Source: Alphaproteobacteria bacterium
Lineage (GTDB): Bacteria; Pseudomonadota; Alphaproteobacteria; Bin95
Direction of reading: 5' to 3'
NCBI GenBank assembly: GCA_965205265.1
Contig: CBDBGH010000003.1
Span: forward strand, 544,001 to 608,000
DNA length: 64,000 nt
Part shown: one piece after another, positions 30,379-39,150 of the stretch
Layout of the letters: each line of letters starts with the position of its first letter
Numbering within the stretch: position 1 is the first letter of the stretch
Notes under the pieces: generated by a model
Seen by the model: only the letters and a program-made list of their open reading frames with translations
Database searches by the model: none
What the model was told of the DNA's origin: nothing
Program-made: the position numbers and the translations under genes

Positions 30379-31262
30379 TGAGGCATGCGGCGCTCTTCGG
30401 CGGCGCGATCCTGCTGATCGTGCTCGCCATTCTCGCGGCGAGCGCGTTGTTCACCGTCCACCAGACGCAGCAGGCCATCGTCATGCAGTTCGGCAATCCG
30501 AAGCGGGTGGTCCAGGAACCCGGGCTGCATGTGAAGGCGCCGTTCTGGCAGAACGTGGTCTATTTCGACGCCCGCGTGCTGGACTTCGCGCCGCAGGGCG
30601 AGGAGATCATCACCTCGGACCAGAAGCGGATCGTGGTGGACAGCTTCGTGCGCTACCGGATCGACGACCCGCTGAAGTTCTTCCAGTCGGTCGGCACCGA
30701 GGCCCGCGTCCAGAGCCGGCTGGCGGGCGTGGTCGTCTCCAGCCTCCGGCGCGTCGTCGGCAATAACAGCTTCTCCTCGATCCTCTCCGAGGAACGCGGC
30801 GACATCATGTCCAACATCCAGAACGAGGTTAACCTGGCTGCGACGGAGTTCGGCATCGAGATCGTCGATTTCCGGGTGCGCCGCACCGACCTGCCGGACG
30901 CCAACGCGCAGTCGATCTACCAGCGCATGCGCACGGAGCGCGAGCGCGAGGCGAAGGAGTTCCGCGCCCAGGGCGCGGAGGTCGCCCAGCGCATCCGCGC
31001 CCGCGCCGACCGCGAGCGCACCGTGCTGATCGCGGAGTCGAAGAAGACGGCGCAGATCAGGCGCGGCGAGGGCGATGCGGACGCGATCCGCATCTACGCC
31101 GAGAGCTTCGGGCAGGACCCGGACTTCTTCGCCTTCTACCGCTCGATGGAGGCCTACCGGAACGCGCTCGGCAAGGAGAACACGACCCTGGTGCTGAGCC
31201 CGGACAGCGACTTCTTCGACTTCTTCGGCGACATCTCCGGCGGGGCTACGAAGCGCCAGTAA
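30375..31262 (+). CDS. hflC: FtsH protease modulator HflC
   Basis: SPFH domain, FFAFYRSMEAY; follows hflK. Confidence 0.95.
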   Translation: MMRHAALFGGAILLIVLAILAASALFTVHQTQQAIVMQFGNPKRVVQEPGLHVKAPFWQNVVYFDARVLDFAPQGEEIITSDQKRIVVDSFVRYRIDDPLKFFQSVGTEARVQSRLAGVVVSSLRRVVGNNSFSSILSEERGDIMSNIQNEVNLAATEFGIEIVDFRVRRTDLPDANAQSIYQRMRTEREREAKEFRAQGAEVAQRIRARADRERTVLIAESKKTAQIRRGEGDADAIRIYAESFGQDPDFFAFYRSMEAYRNALGKENTTLVLSPDSDFFDFFGDISGGATKRQ

Positions 31263-31289
31263 GGCCGCCGCCGGCCCCCGCCCGCCCCG

Positions 31290-31496
31290 ATGGAGGACTT
31301 CCCCCTCGGCGACTTCCTCGCCGCGCTCGGCCTGGCGCTGGTGCTGGAAGGCGCCGTCTGGCTGGCCGCGCCCGAATCCATGCGCCGCTTCATGCTCCGC
31401 CTCGCCGCCCACTCCCCCGCCCTCCTCCGCTTCTGCGGCCTGACGGCGGCGATGCTGGGGCTGGCGGTGGTCTGGGCGGCGCGGCGGTGGGTGTGA
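31290..31496 (+). CDS. DUF2065 family membrane protein
   Basis: ALGLALVLEG...P; usual position after hflC. Confidence 0.8.
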   Translation: MEDFPLGDFLAALGLALVLEGAVWLAAPESMRRFMLRLAAHSPALLRFCGLTAAMLGLAVVWAARRWV

Positions 31497-31751
31497 CATT
31501 GCCCGCGCCCGGCGCTGGAGCGGGCCCCCATGAGCCGGGCGGCCCGGTCGAAAGGGTTTGACCGGCGGGCGCTTCGGGCCTATTGGTGCGCCGCCGCACC
31601 ACGCATGACCCACGTGCCAAGAAATCACCCGGGCAGGCGCCGGGGGCCGGTAACGAGGTATCGGTGCGACAGGCGGGAAGACGGACGGTCCGCGGCCGTC
31701 CCCGGTCCGCCGCCCGAGACGCGGTTAGGAGCCCCTTGGGAGGGTTGTGCG

Positions 31752-32882
31752 ATGACGGCGCGCATTCGCCGATTTCTCGATGAGTCCCGGCCGCCGACGC
31801 CGTGCCTCGTGATCGACCTCGACGTCGTGCGGGAGAGCTACCTCGCCTTCACGCGGCTGCTTCCGCAGGCGGCGGTCTATTACGCGGTCAAGGCCAACCC
31901 GGCGCCCGAGATCATCTCGCTGCTGGTGCGGCTCGGCTCGTCCTTCGATTGCGCCAGCATCTACGAGATCCGCGACTGCCTGGCGGCCGGCGCCCCGGTC
32001 CGGCGGCTCTCCTTCGGCAACACCGTCAAGAAGGCCGCCGATATCGAGGCCGCGCACAGGCTGGGCGTGGACCTGTTCGCCTTCGACAGCCGGGGCGAGC
32101 TGCACAAACTGGCGGCGGCCGCGCCCGGCGCGCGCGTCTATTGCCGCATCGCCATGACGGGGGAGGGCGCGGACTGGCCGCTCGGGCGCAAGTTCGGCTG
32201 CGAGGTCGATATGGCGCGCGACCTCATGCTGGAAGCGGGCCGGCTCGGCCTCGAGCCCCATGGCATCTCCTTCCACATCGGCTCGCAGCAGCGCGACGTG
32301 CGCCAGTGGGACGTAGCCTTCGGCCAGACGGCGATGCTGTTCACCGCGCTCGACGAGGCGGGCGTGAAGCTCGGCATGGTGAATGTCGGCGGCGGCTTCC
32401 CCGCCCGCACCCGCAAGGACGGGCCCGGCGCCGAAGCGCATATGGAGGCGCTGATGGCGGCCGCGCGCAGCCATTTCGGCAACCGGATGCCGAACCTGAT
32501 CGTCGAGCCGGGCCGCGCGCTGGTGGGCGACGCCGGCCTGGTGCAGAGCGAGGTCGTGCTGATCTCCCGCAAGGGCTACCGGGACGAGGAACGCTGGGTC
32601 TATCTCGATATCGGCAAGTTCGGCGGGCTGATCGAGACCATGGACGAGGCGATCCAGTACCGCATCACCACGGAGCGCGACGGCGCGGAATGCGGGCCGG
32701 TCGTGCTGGCGGGGCCGACCTGCGACGAGGCCGATGTGCTCTACCAGCACAGCAATTACCGCCTGCCGCTGACCCTGGAGGTCGGCGACAGGGTGGCGAT
32801 CGAGTCGGCGGGCGCCTACACCGCCTCCTACAGCTCGGTCAATTTCAACGGCCTGCCGCCGCTCGCGACCTACTGCATCTGA
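31752..32882 (+). CDS. Ornithine/lysine decarboxylase (type III PLP enzyme)
   Basis: YAVKAN, FHIGSQ, GGGF, EPGR, GPTCD, GAY. Confidence 0.9.
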   Translation: MTARIRRFLDESRPPTPCLVIDLDVVRESYLAFTRLLPQAAVYYAVKANPAPEIISLLVRLGSSFDCASIYEIRDCLAAGAPVRRLSFGNTVKKAADIEAAHRLGVDLFAFDSRGELHKLAAAAPGARVYCRIAMTGEGADWPLGRKFGCEVDMARDLMLEAGRLGLEPHGISFHIGSQQRDVRQWDVAFGQTAMLFTALDEAGVKLGMVNVGGGFPARTRKDGPGAEAHMEALMAAARSHFGNRMPNLIVEPGRALVGDAGLVQSEVVLISRKGYRDEERWVYLDIGKFGGLIETMDEAIQYRITTERDGAECGPVVLAGPTCDEADVLYQHSNYRLPLTLEVGDRVAIESAGAYTASYSSVNFNGLPPLATYCI

Positions 32883-32959
32883 GCCGGAAAGGTCCCGACG
32901 CATTGACAGCGCGCCTGCGGTCCCCAGATAATCGGCGCCGGTTGGAGCATGGCGACACG

Positions 32960-33292
32960 ATGAGCGCAGGACTCAGCATTTCCGACAGGGCCGCCGAGCG
33001 GGTCTCGGTCCTGCTCGAACAACAGGACGGCGCGGACCTGATGCTGCGGGTCTCCGTGTCGGGCGGCGGCTGTTCCGGCTTCCAGTACGGCTTCGCCTTC
33101 GACGATGCGCGCAATGACGACGACCTCGTGTTCAGCCATGCCGGCGTCGATGTCGTGGTGGACGAGATGTCGCTGGAGCTGCTGGAAGGCGCGGAGATCG
33201 ATTTCGTCGAGGACCTGGCCGGCGCCGCCTTCCGGATCGACAACCCCAATGCGACGGCTTCCTGCGGCTGCGGCTCGTCCTTCGCCGTCTGA
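32960..33292 (+). CDS. erpA: Fe-S cluster insertion protein ErpA (HesB family)
   Basis: GGGCSGFQY, NPNA..SCGCGSSF. Confidence 0.9.
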   Translation: MSAGLSISDRAAERVSVLLEQQDGADLMLRVSVSGGGCSGFQYGFAFDDARNDDDLVFSHAGVDVVVDEMSLELLEGAEIDFVEDLAGAAFRIDNPNATASCGCGSSFAV

Positions 33293-34111
33293 ATGAAAAT
33301 CGCAAGCTGGAACGTCAACTCGATCAAGGCCCGCCTGCCCGCCGTGATCGAATGGCTGGAGACGGCCGCCCCGGACGTGCTGGCGCTGCAGGAGATCAAA
33401 TGCACCGCCGACGCCTTCCCGCACCTCGAGATCGAGGCGGCGGGATACCGGGCGGCGGTGCTCGGCCAGAAGACCTATAACGGCGTCGCGCTCATCTCGA
33501 AAACGGCGCCCGATTCGCTGCGGGAAGGCCTGCCGGGCGACGCCGGGGACGACCAGGCGCGCTATGTCGAGGCGGTGTTCGACGGGGTGCGCGTCGCCTC
33601 GATCTACCTGCCGAACGGCAACCCGGCCGGGAGCGACAAGTTCCCCTACAAGCTCGCCTGGATGGCGCGGTTGAAACGCCATGCGGCGCGCCTCTTGGCG
33701 GACGAGGTGCCGACGGTTCTCGGCGGGGATTTCAACGTCATCCCGGAACCGGAGGACTGCTACGACCCGGACGACTGGACGGGCGATGCGCTCTACCGGC
33801 CGGAGAGCCGCCGCGCCTTCCGCGAAATCCTCTATCTCGGCTGGGCGGACGCCTTCCGGTCGCTCCATGCGCGGCGGGGCGGCGCCTTCACCTTCTGGGA
33901 CTACCAGCGCGGCCGCTGGCAGCGGGGCGAGGGCATCCGCATCGACCATCTGCTGCTGTCGCCGGCGGCGCTGGACCGGCTGGAGGAATGCGATATCGAC
34001 ACCGTGCCGCGCAGCCGCCCCAAGGCCTCGGACCACACGCCCATCTGGTGCCGCCTCGTCCCCGCCCACGAGGCCGGGAACCTGTTCCACGCGCCCGGCG
34101 AAGACGGATAA
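33293..34111 (+). CDS. xth: Exodeoxyribonuclease III
   Basis: SWNVNS, LQEIK, YNGVA, GDFN, RIDH, SDH. Confidence 0.95.
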   Translation: MKIASWNVNSIKARLPAVIEWLETAAPDVLALQEIKCTADAFPHLEIEAAGYRAAVLGQKTYNGVALISKTAPDSLREGLPGDAGDDQARYVEAVFDGVRVASIYLPNGNPAGSDKFPYKLAWMARLKRHAARLLADEVPTVLGGDFNVIPEPEDCYDPDDWTGDALYRPESRRAFREILYLGWADAFRSLHARRGGAFTFWDYQRGRWQRGEGIRIDHLLLSPAALDRLEECDIDTVPRSRPKASDHTPIWCRLVPAHEAGNLFHAPGEDG

Positions 34112-34120
34112 GGACCGCCC

Positions 34121-34825
34121 ATGGACTTCGCGAACAAGACGATCGTCGTGACCGGCGGCGCCTCCGGCATCGGGGCGGAAACGGTGGGGATGCTGCGCGC
34201 GGCAGGCGCCGAGGTGCTCGTGGTGGACCGGGACGCCTCCTCCGGCCTCGTCGGCGATGTGACCGATCCGGCGCTCGTGGCTCAGGCTATGGAGCGGTGC
34301 CCACGGCTCGACGGGCTGGTGACGGCTGCCGGCATTTCCGAGAGCGGCGTCGCCATCGAGGATATCGATCCCGAGGACTGGGACCGGGTCTTCGCCGTCA
34401 ATGTGAAGGCGACCTGGATGTGGCTCGCCGCGGCGGCGGGGCCGATGCGCGCGGCGGGCGGCGGCTCGGTCGTGGCCATTGCCTCGCAGCTCGCCTTCGC
34501 CGGCGGCTCCTTGAACGCGGCCTATATCGCCTCCAAGGGCGCCGTCGTTTCGCTGGTGCGCACCGCGGCGGTCGAGCTTGCCGGCGACGGCATCCGCGTC
34601 AACGCCGTCGCGCCGGGCGCCACCGAAACGCCGATGCTGAACCGCAGCATGTCGCGCCAGGCCGACCCCGACGCGGCCCGGGAACGCTCCCGCACCCGCC
34701 ACGCCATGGCCCGCTTCGGCAGGCCGAACGAGATCGCCGACGCGATCTGCTTCCTGCTCTCCGACCGCGCGAGCTTCATCACCGGCACGACGCTTCCCGT
34801 GGACGGCGGCTGGCTCGCCGCCTGA
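34121..34825 (+). CDS. SDR family oxidoreductase
   Basis: TGGASGIG, YIASK, VDGG. Confidence 0.9.
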   Translation: MDFANKTIVVTGGASGIGAETVGMLRAAGAEVLVVDRDASSGLVGDVTDPALVAQAMERCPRLDGLVTAAGISESGVAIEDIDPEDWDRVFAVNVKATWMWLAAAAGPMRAAGGGSVVAIASQLAFAGGSLNAAYIASKGAVVSLVRTAAVELAGDGIRVNAVAPGATETPMLNRSMSRQADPDAARERSRTRHAMARFGRPNEIADAICFLLSDRASFITGTTLPVDGGWLAA

Positions 34826-35443
34826 CTATCCGCCGGCCAGCCGCGCTTCCGCAGCGGCCAGGTCCTCCGGCGTGTTGATGTTGAAGAAGGGGTCGCCTTC
34901 GGGCGGGACCGGGAATTCGACATCGGCCATGCGGTGGCGCGCCGTCCAACGGTCCACCTTGCGGAGCCCTTCCCCGGCGAGCGCGTGGCGCAGGTCGTCG
35001 GCGAGGCGGACGGCCCAGAGCGCGAACACCGGGTGGCGCCGGCCGCCGGAGGTCGCGGTGACGATGTCGGCGTCCCCCGCTTCAGCCGCCAGGTCCCGGA
35101 CGAGCGTTTCGGGGAAGAAGGGCGCGTCGCAGGGGAAGCTTGCGACCCATCCGCAGCCGGCCCCGCGCGCCCAGAGCATGCCGGCGAGCACGCCCGCGAG
35201 CGGCCCGACGAAACCCGTGACGGGATCGGGCAGCACGGGCAGGCCGAGTTCCGCGAATTCCTCCGCCGGCGCATTGGCGTTGACGGCGAGGCAGGCAACC
35301 TGCGGACCGGCGCGCGCCGCCGCATGGGCGAGCAGCGGCCGGCCGTCGAGCAGCGCCATGCCCTTGAGGCCGCCGCCCATCCGCCGCCCGAGGCCGCCCG
35401 CGAGCAGCAGGCCGGCGCAGTCCCGCCGGGGATCGAGGGACAC
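34826..35443 (-). CDS. mobA: Molybdenum cofactor guanylyltransferase
   Basis: LAGG.GRRMGG, GPLAGV, PCDAP, FFNINTPEDL; GTG start inferred. Confidence 0.9.
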   Translation of the reverse strand: MSLDPRRDCAGLLLAGGLGRRMGGGLKGMALLDGRPLLAHAAARAGPQVACLAVNANAPAEEFAELGLPVLPDPVTGFVGPLAGVLAGMLWARGAGCGWVASFPCDAPFFPETLVRDLAAEAGDADIVTATSGGRRHPVFALWAVRLADDLRHALAGEGLRKVDRWTARHRMADVEFPVPPEGDPFFNINTPEDLAAAEARLAGG

Positions 35444-35448
35444 GGAGC

Positions 35449-36300
35449 TCAGGCGGCGTCGCCCGAGGCGACATCCGGGCTCGCGTCGAACACGAGGCGC
35501 TCGGTGCCGGAGAGCGCGATGAAGCGCTTGCCCTTGGCCCGCCCGACAAGCGTCAGCCCCGCCTGCCGGGCGAGCGACACGCCGGACGCCGTGAAGCCCG
35601 AGCGGGAAATCAGGATCGGCACGCCCATCTGCACCGTCTTGATGACCATCTCGCTGGTAAGCCGCCCGGTGGTGAAGAACAGCTTGCCGAGCGGCGAAAC
35701 ATCGTTGAGGCGCATATAGCCGGCGATCATGTCCACGGCGTTGTGCCGGCCCACATCCTCCAGATAGAGGATCGGCCTGTCGCCCTCGCAGAGCACGCAG
35801 CCATGGATGGCGCCCGCCGCCAGATAGAGGCTTGGCCGGCGCGCGATCTTGGCCGAGAGCGTGTAGATCCAGGAGGTGTAGAGCGGGTCGGCGGGCAGGT
35901 CCGCCGCCTCGAAGCTGTCCATCACATCGGCGAACACCGTGCCGACGGCGCAACCCGACGTGCGGACCCGGCGCTCCAGCCGGTGCTCGTAGTCGGTCTT
36001 GCGCGCCGTGCGCACGATCGCGGCTTCCAGCTCGTCGTCCACGTCGATGCCGGTGATCTCGTCGTCCGGGCGCAGCATGTTCTGGTTGGCGAGGAAGCCG
36101 ACGGCAAGCCAGTCCGCATGGTCGCCGACGGTCATCGCGGTCACGATCTCCTGGCTGTTCAGGTAGATGGTGAGCGGGCGCTCGACGACGACGCGCGTGC
36201 TGCGCTCCTGTCCTTCGTGGTCGATGCCGGTCACGGCTTCGGTCAGTCTCGGGTCGTCCGGGTCCGGCGCGACCAGGAACTCCTGCATGAACTCGCTCAT
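35449..36300 (-). CDS. fdhD: Formate dehydrogenase accessory sulfurtransferase
   Basis: TSGCAVG, EDVGRHNAVD, TTGRLTSEMV. Confidence 0.92.
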   Translation of the reverse strand: MSEFMQEFLVAPDPDDPRLTEAVTGIDHEGQERSTRVVVERPLTIYLNSQEIVTAMTVGDHADWLAVGFLANQNMLRPDDEITGIDVDDELEAAIVRTARKTDYEHRLERRVRTSGCAVGTVFADVMDSFEAADLPADPLYTSWIYTLSAKIARRPSLYLAAGAIHGCVLCEGDRPILYLEDVGRHNAVDMIAGYMRLNDVSPLGKLFFTTGRLTSEMVIKTVQMGVPILISRSGFTASGVSLARQAGLTLVGRAKGKRFIALSGTERLVFDASPDVASGDAA

Positions 36301-36322
36301 GTTCTCCACTATGCTCCCGGCC

Positions 36323-37522
36323 ATGGAGAGGCTCAACGACTGTTTCGCGGCGGGCGACCGGCTGCTGACCGTCGGCGAGGCGGTCGAGTGGCTGAGGACG
36401 CGCCTCGGCCCGGCGGTCGGCCGGGAGCGGATTCCGCTGGCCAACGCGCGGGGCCGTATCCTGGCGGCGCCGCTGACGAGCCGGCTCGACGTGCCGGGTT
36501 ACGACAATGCCGCGGTGGACGGCTACGCCTTCGCGCATGGGCAGGCGCGCTACCGCATCGCCGGGCGGGCGGCGGCGGGGCGGCCCTTTCCGCATCCGCT
36601 CGGACCCGGCGAGGCGGCCCGCATCCTGACCGGCGCGCCGGTGCCGGAGGGCGCCGACACGGTGGCGATGCAGGAGGACTGCCGCCTCGACGGCGAGGTC
36701 GTGACGGTGCCGGCGGGCCTCAGGGCCGGTTCCAACTACCGCAGGGCCGGCGAGAACATCCGCCGGGGCGAGACGGTCTTCAAGGCCGGCCAGCGCCTCG
36801 GGCCGCTGCAACTGGGCGTCGCCGCCTCGCTCGGCGAGACCGCGCTTGAGGTTTTCCGGCCGCTGCGCATCGCGCTGTTCTCCACCGGCGACGAACTCGC
36901 GCTGCCGGGAGAGCCGCTGGCGCCGGGGCAACTCTACGACTCCAACCGCACGATGCTGCGCGCCTTCCTGGAGGCCGACGGCCTCGCCGTGACCGACCTC
37001 GGCATCCTTGCCGACGATGCGCCCTCGGTGAAGGCGGCGCTGGCGGAAGCGGCGGCCCGGCACGATGTGGTGATGACCTCGGCCGGCATCTCGACCGGCG
37101 ACGAGGACCATGTGGCGGCGGCCGTGCCGGAACTGCATTTCTGGCGGCTTGCGGTGAAGCCCGGCCGGCCGTTGGCGCTCGGCAGCATCGGAAGCGCAGC
37201 CTTCGTCGGCCTGCCGGGCAATCCGGTGGCTGCCGCCGCCTGCCTGCTGATGCTGGTGCGCCCGATGCTGGGCCTGCTCGGCGGGGCCGGCTGGGAAGCC
37301 CCGCCCTCGACGCCGGTGCCCGCCGGCTTCGCCATGAAGAAGAAGACCGGCCGGCGGGAATGGCTGCGCGTCCGCCTCGGCGCGGACGGCGCGGCCCGGA
37401 AGGCCGGCCCCGACGGCTCGGCGCTGCTCCGCGTCATGGCCGAGGCCGACGGCCTGCTCGACGTGCCCGAGGACGTGGCCGCCATCGCCCCCGGCGACCG
37501 CTTCGCGATGTTCCGGCTGTGA
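36323..37522 (+). CDS. moeA: Molybdopterin molybdotransferase
   Basis: NAAVDGYA, RILTGAPVP, STGDEL, KPGRP, GLPGNP; alternative start 36311. Confidence 0.92.
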   Translation: MERLNDCFAAGDRLLTVGEAVEWLRTRLGPAVGRERIPLANARGRILAAPLTSRLDVPGYDNAAVDGYAFAHGQARYRIAGRAAAGRPFPHPLGPGEAARILTGAPVPEGADTVAMQEDCRLDGEVVTVPAGLRAGSNYRRAGENIRRGETVFKAGQRLGPLQLGVAASLGETALEVFRPLRIALFSTGDELALPGEPLAPGQLYDSNRTMLRAFLEADGLAVTDLGILADDAPSVKAALAEAAARHDVVMTSAGISTGDEDHVAAAVPELHFWRLAVKPGRPLALGSIGSAAFVGLPGNPVAAAACLLMLVRPMLGLLGGAGWEAPPSTPVPAGFAMKKKTGRREWLRVRLGADGAARKAGPDGSALLRVMAEADGLLDVPEDVAAIAPGDRFAMFRL

Positions 37523-38139
37523 CGCCCCTCGCCGACGCGCCCATGCAGGTCCTGACCGTCGGCCATTCCAACCATGCGCCGGAAGCCTTCCTGGCGCTTC
37601 TGACCCGGCATGGCGTGACGGCGCTCGCCGATGTGCGCTCCGCGCCCCGGAGCCGTTTCAATCCGCACTTCAACCGCAACGCGCTCTCGGCCTCGCTCGC
37701 CGGCGAGGACATTGCCTATGTCTGGCTCGGACGCGAGCTCGGCGGGCGGCCGGACGACCCGGCCTGCTACGAGGACGGGACGGTCCGCTACGACCTTCTG
37801 GCGCACACGCCGCTCTACCGCGAGGGAATCGGGCGCGTTCTGCGCGGCGCGGCGGCGCATCGTCTGGCGCTGATGTGCGCGGAGAAGGACCCGCTCCATT
37901 GCCACCGGGCGCTGCTGGTCTCCCGCTCGCTCGAGGAACGCGGGCTGGAGATTGCGCATATCCTCGCCGACGGAAGCCTCGAACCGCATGAGAGCGTGAT
38001 GGACCGGCTGCTTGCCGCCCACTGCCCGGAAGAGGACCTGTTCTCGGAGCCGAAACCGCGCGCCGAACGGATCGAGGAAGCGGCCCGCACGCCGCCCCGC
38101 CGCCGCGCGACCGTTTCGGGGCATCTTCGAAAACGGTGA
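37519..38139 (+). CDS. DUF488 family protein
   Basis: TVGHSNH, DVRS.P.SRF, ELGGRP, MCAEKDP..CHR. Confidence 0.85.
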   Translation: MTPLADAPMQVLTVGHSNHAPEAFLALLTRHGVTALADVRSAPRSRFNPHFNRNALSASLAGEDIAYVWLGRELGGRPDDPACYEDGTVRYDLLAHTPLYREGIGRVLRGAAAHRLALMCAEKDPLHCHRALLVSRSLEERGLEIAHILADGSLEPHESVMDRLLAAHCPEEDLFSEPKPRAERIEEAARTPPRRRATVSGHLRKR

Positions 38140-38355
38140 CCGGCCCGCTCTCGAAGCCGTCTCGACCACGCTCGAAGGCAAGACCGAAAAACGGAAAAAC
38201 CCATCCCGAGTTCGCTGGCCTTCGTCGCATGGGTCTGCGCACGCCATCGGTGGATGGACCGCATACCACGGTAAGCGATGCGGCAGGGGCACCTTCCGCT
38301 CGGTCTCGGGATTTGAGACTCCGCTACGTTCGGGAGGACGTAGAGGAGTTTCTCC

Positions 38356-38745
38356 ATGGAGCGCACTGCGGAGTTTCTCAGCCCGGTCGAGGTGATCGGT
38401 GGAGTGAAGGGTCGCCGTCGCTGGCCGGAAGAGTTGAAGGCGCGGATTGTAGCGGAGACGCTTGAGCCTGGCGCGAGGGTGGCCTCGGTAGCACGGCGTT
38501 ACGATCTTCGCCCAAGCCATCTGTCGGACTGGCGTCGCAAGGCGCGGGAGGGTCGCCTGGTTTTGCCTGCAGCGGACGAGGCAGTGGAGTTTGCGCCGCT
38601 GGTGGTCCGGGCTGAAGGGCACGGCGCCGAGGCGAACGGTGGGTGTCTGGAAGTGGTTCTGGACCGGGTTACGGTCCGTCTGGATGCGGCGGTGCCGGCG
38701 GGCCGGCTGGCGGAGATCGTGTCTGCGCTGAATGCGCTGTCATGA
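38356..38745 (+). CDS. tnpA: IS66 TnpA (HTH)
   Basis: RRRWPEELKARIVAE...VARRY. Confidence 0.9.
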   Translation: MERTAEFLSPVEVIGGVKGRRRWPEELKARIVAETLEPGARVASVARRYDLRPSHLSDWRRKAREGRLVLPAADEAVEFAPLVVRAEGHGAEANGGCLEVVLDRVTVRLDAAVPAGRLAEIVSALNALS

Positions 38746-39095
38746 TCTTCCCGTCGAACCGGGTGCGGATCGTTGTCGCAACGAAGCCCGTCGACTTCCG
38801 CCGCCAGCACGACGGCCTTGTCGCGCATGTGAAGGGCGCGCTGCGGCGGGACCCGTTCACCGGCACGGTATACGTCTTTCGATCGAGGCGAGCTGACAGG
38901 CTGAAGCTGGTCTTCTGGGACGGGACCGGGCTGGTGCTGATCTACAAGCGTCTGGAGGACCAGGGCTTTGTATGGCCGGCGATCCGCGACGGGGTGATGT
39001 CGCTGAGCCATGCGCAGTTCGAGGCCTTGTTCGCGGGCCTGGACTGGCGTCGCGTGCGGGCGCTGTCGGCGCGGCGCCCGGCTGAGGCGGAGTGA
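38742..39095 (+). CDS. tnpB: IS66 accessory protein TnpB
   Basis: PVDFRR, KLVFWDGTG, YKRLE. Confidence 0.92.
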   Translation: MIFPSNRVRIVVATKPVDFRRQHDGLVAHVKGALRRDPFTGTVYVFRSRRADRLKLVFWDGTGLVLIYKRLEDQGFVWPAIRDGVMSLSHAQFEALFAGLDWRRVRALSARRPAEAE

Positions 39096-39150
39096 CTCAG
39101 CCGGTGGATCGGGGCGTCCGGCTCCGCGACACTGTGCTACCAAGCGAGCC

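Noticed and set aside
38742-39095. IS66 TnpB as an RNA-guided TnpB nuclease
   Set aside because: Name coincidence: this is the 117-aa IS66 accessory protein with no RuvC domain.
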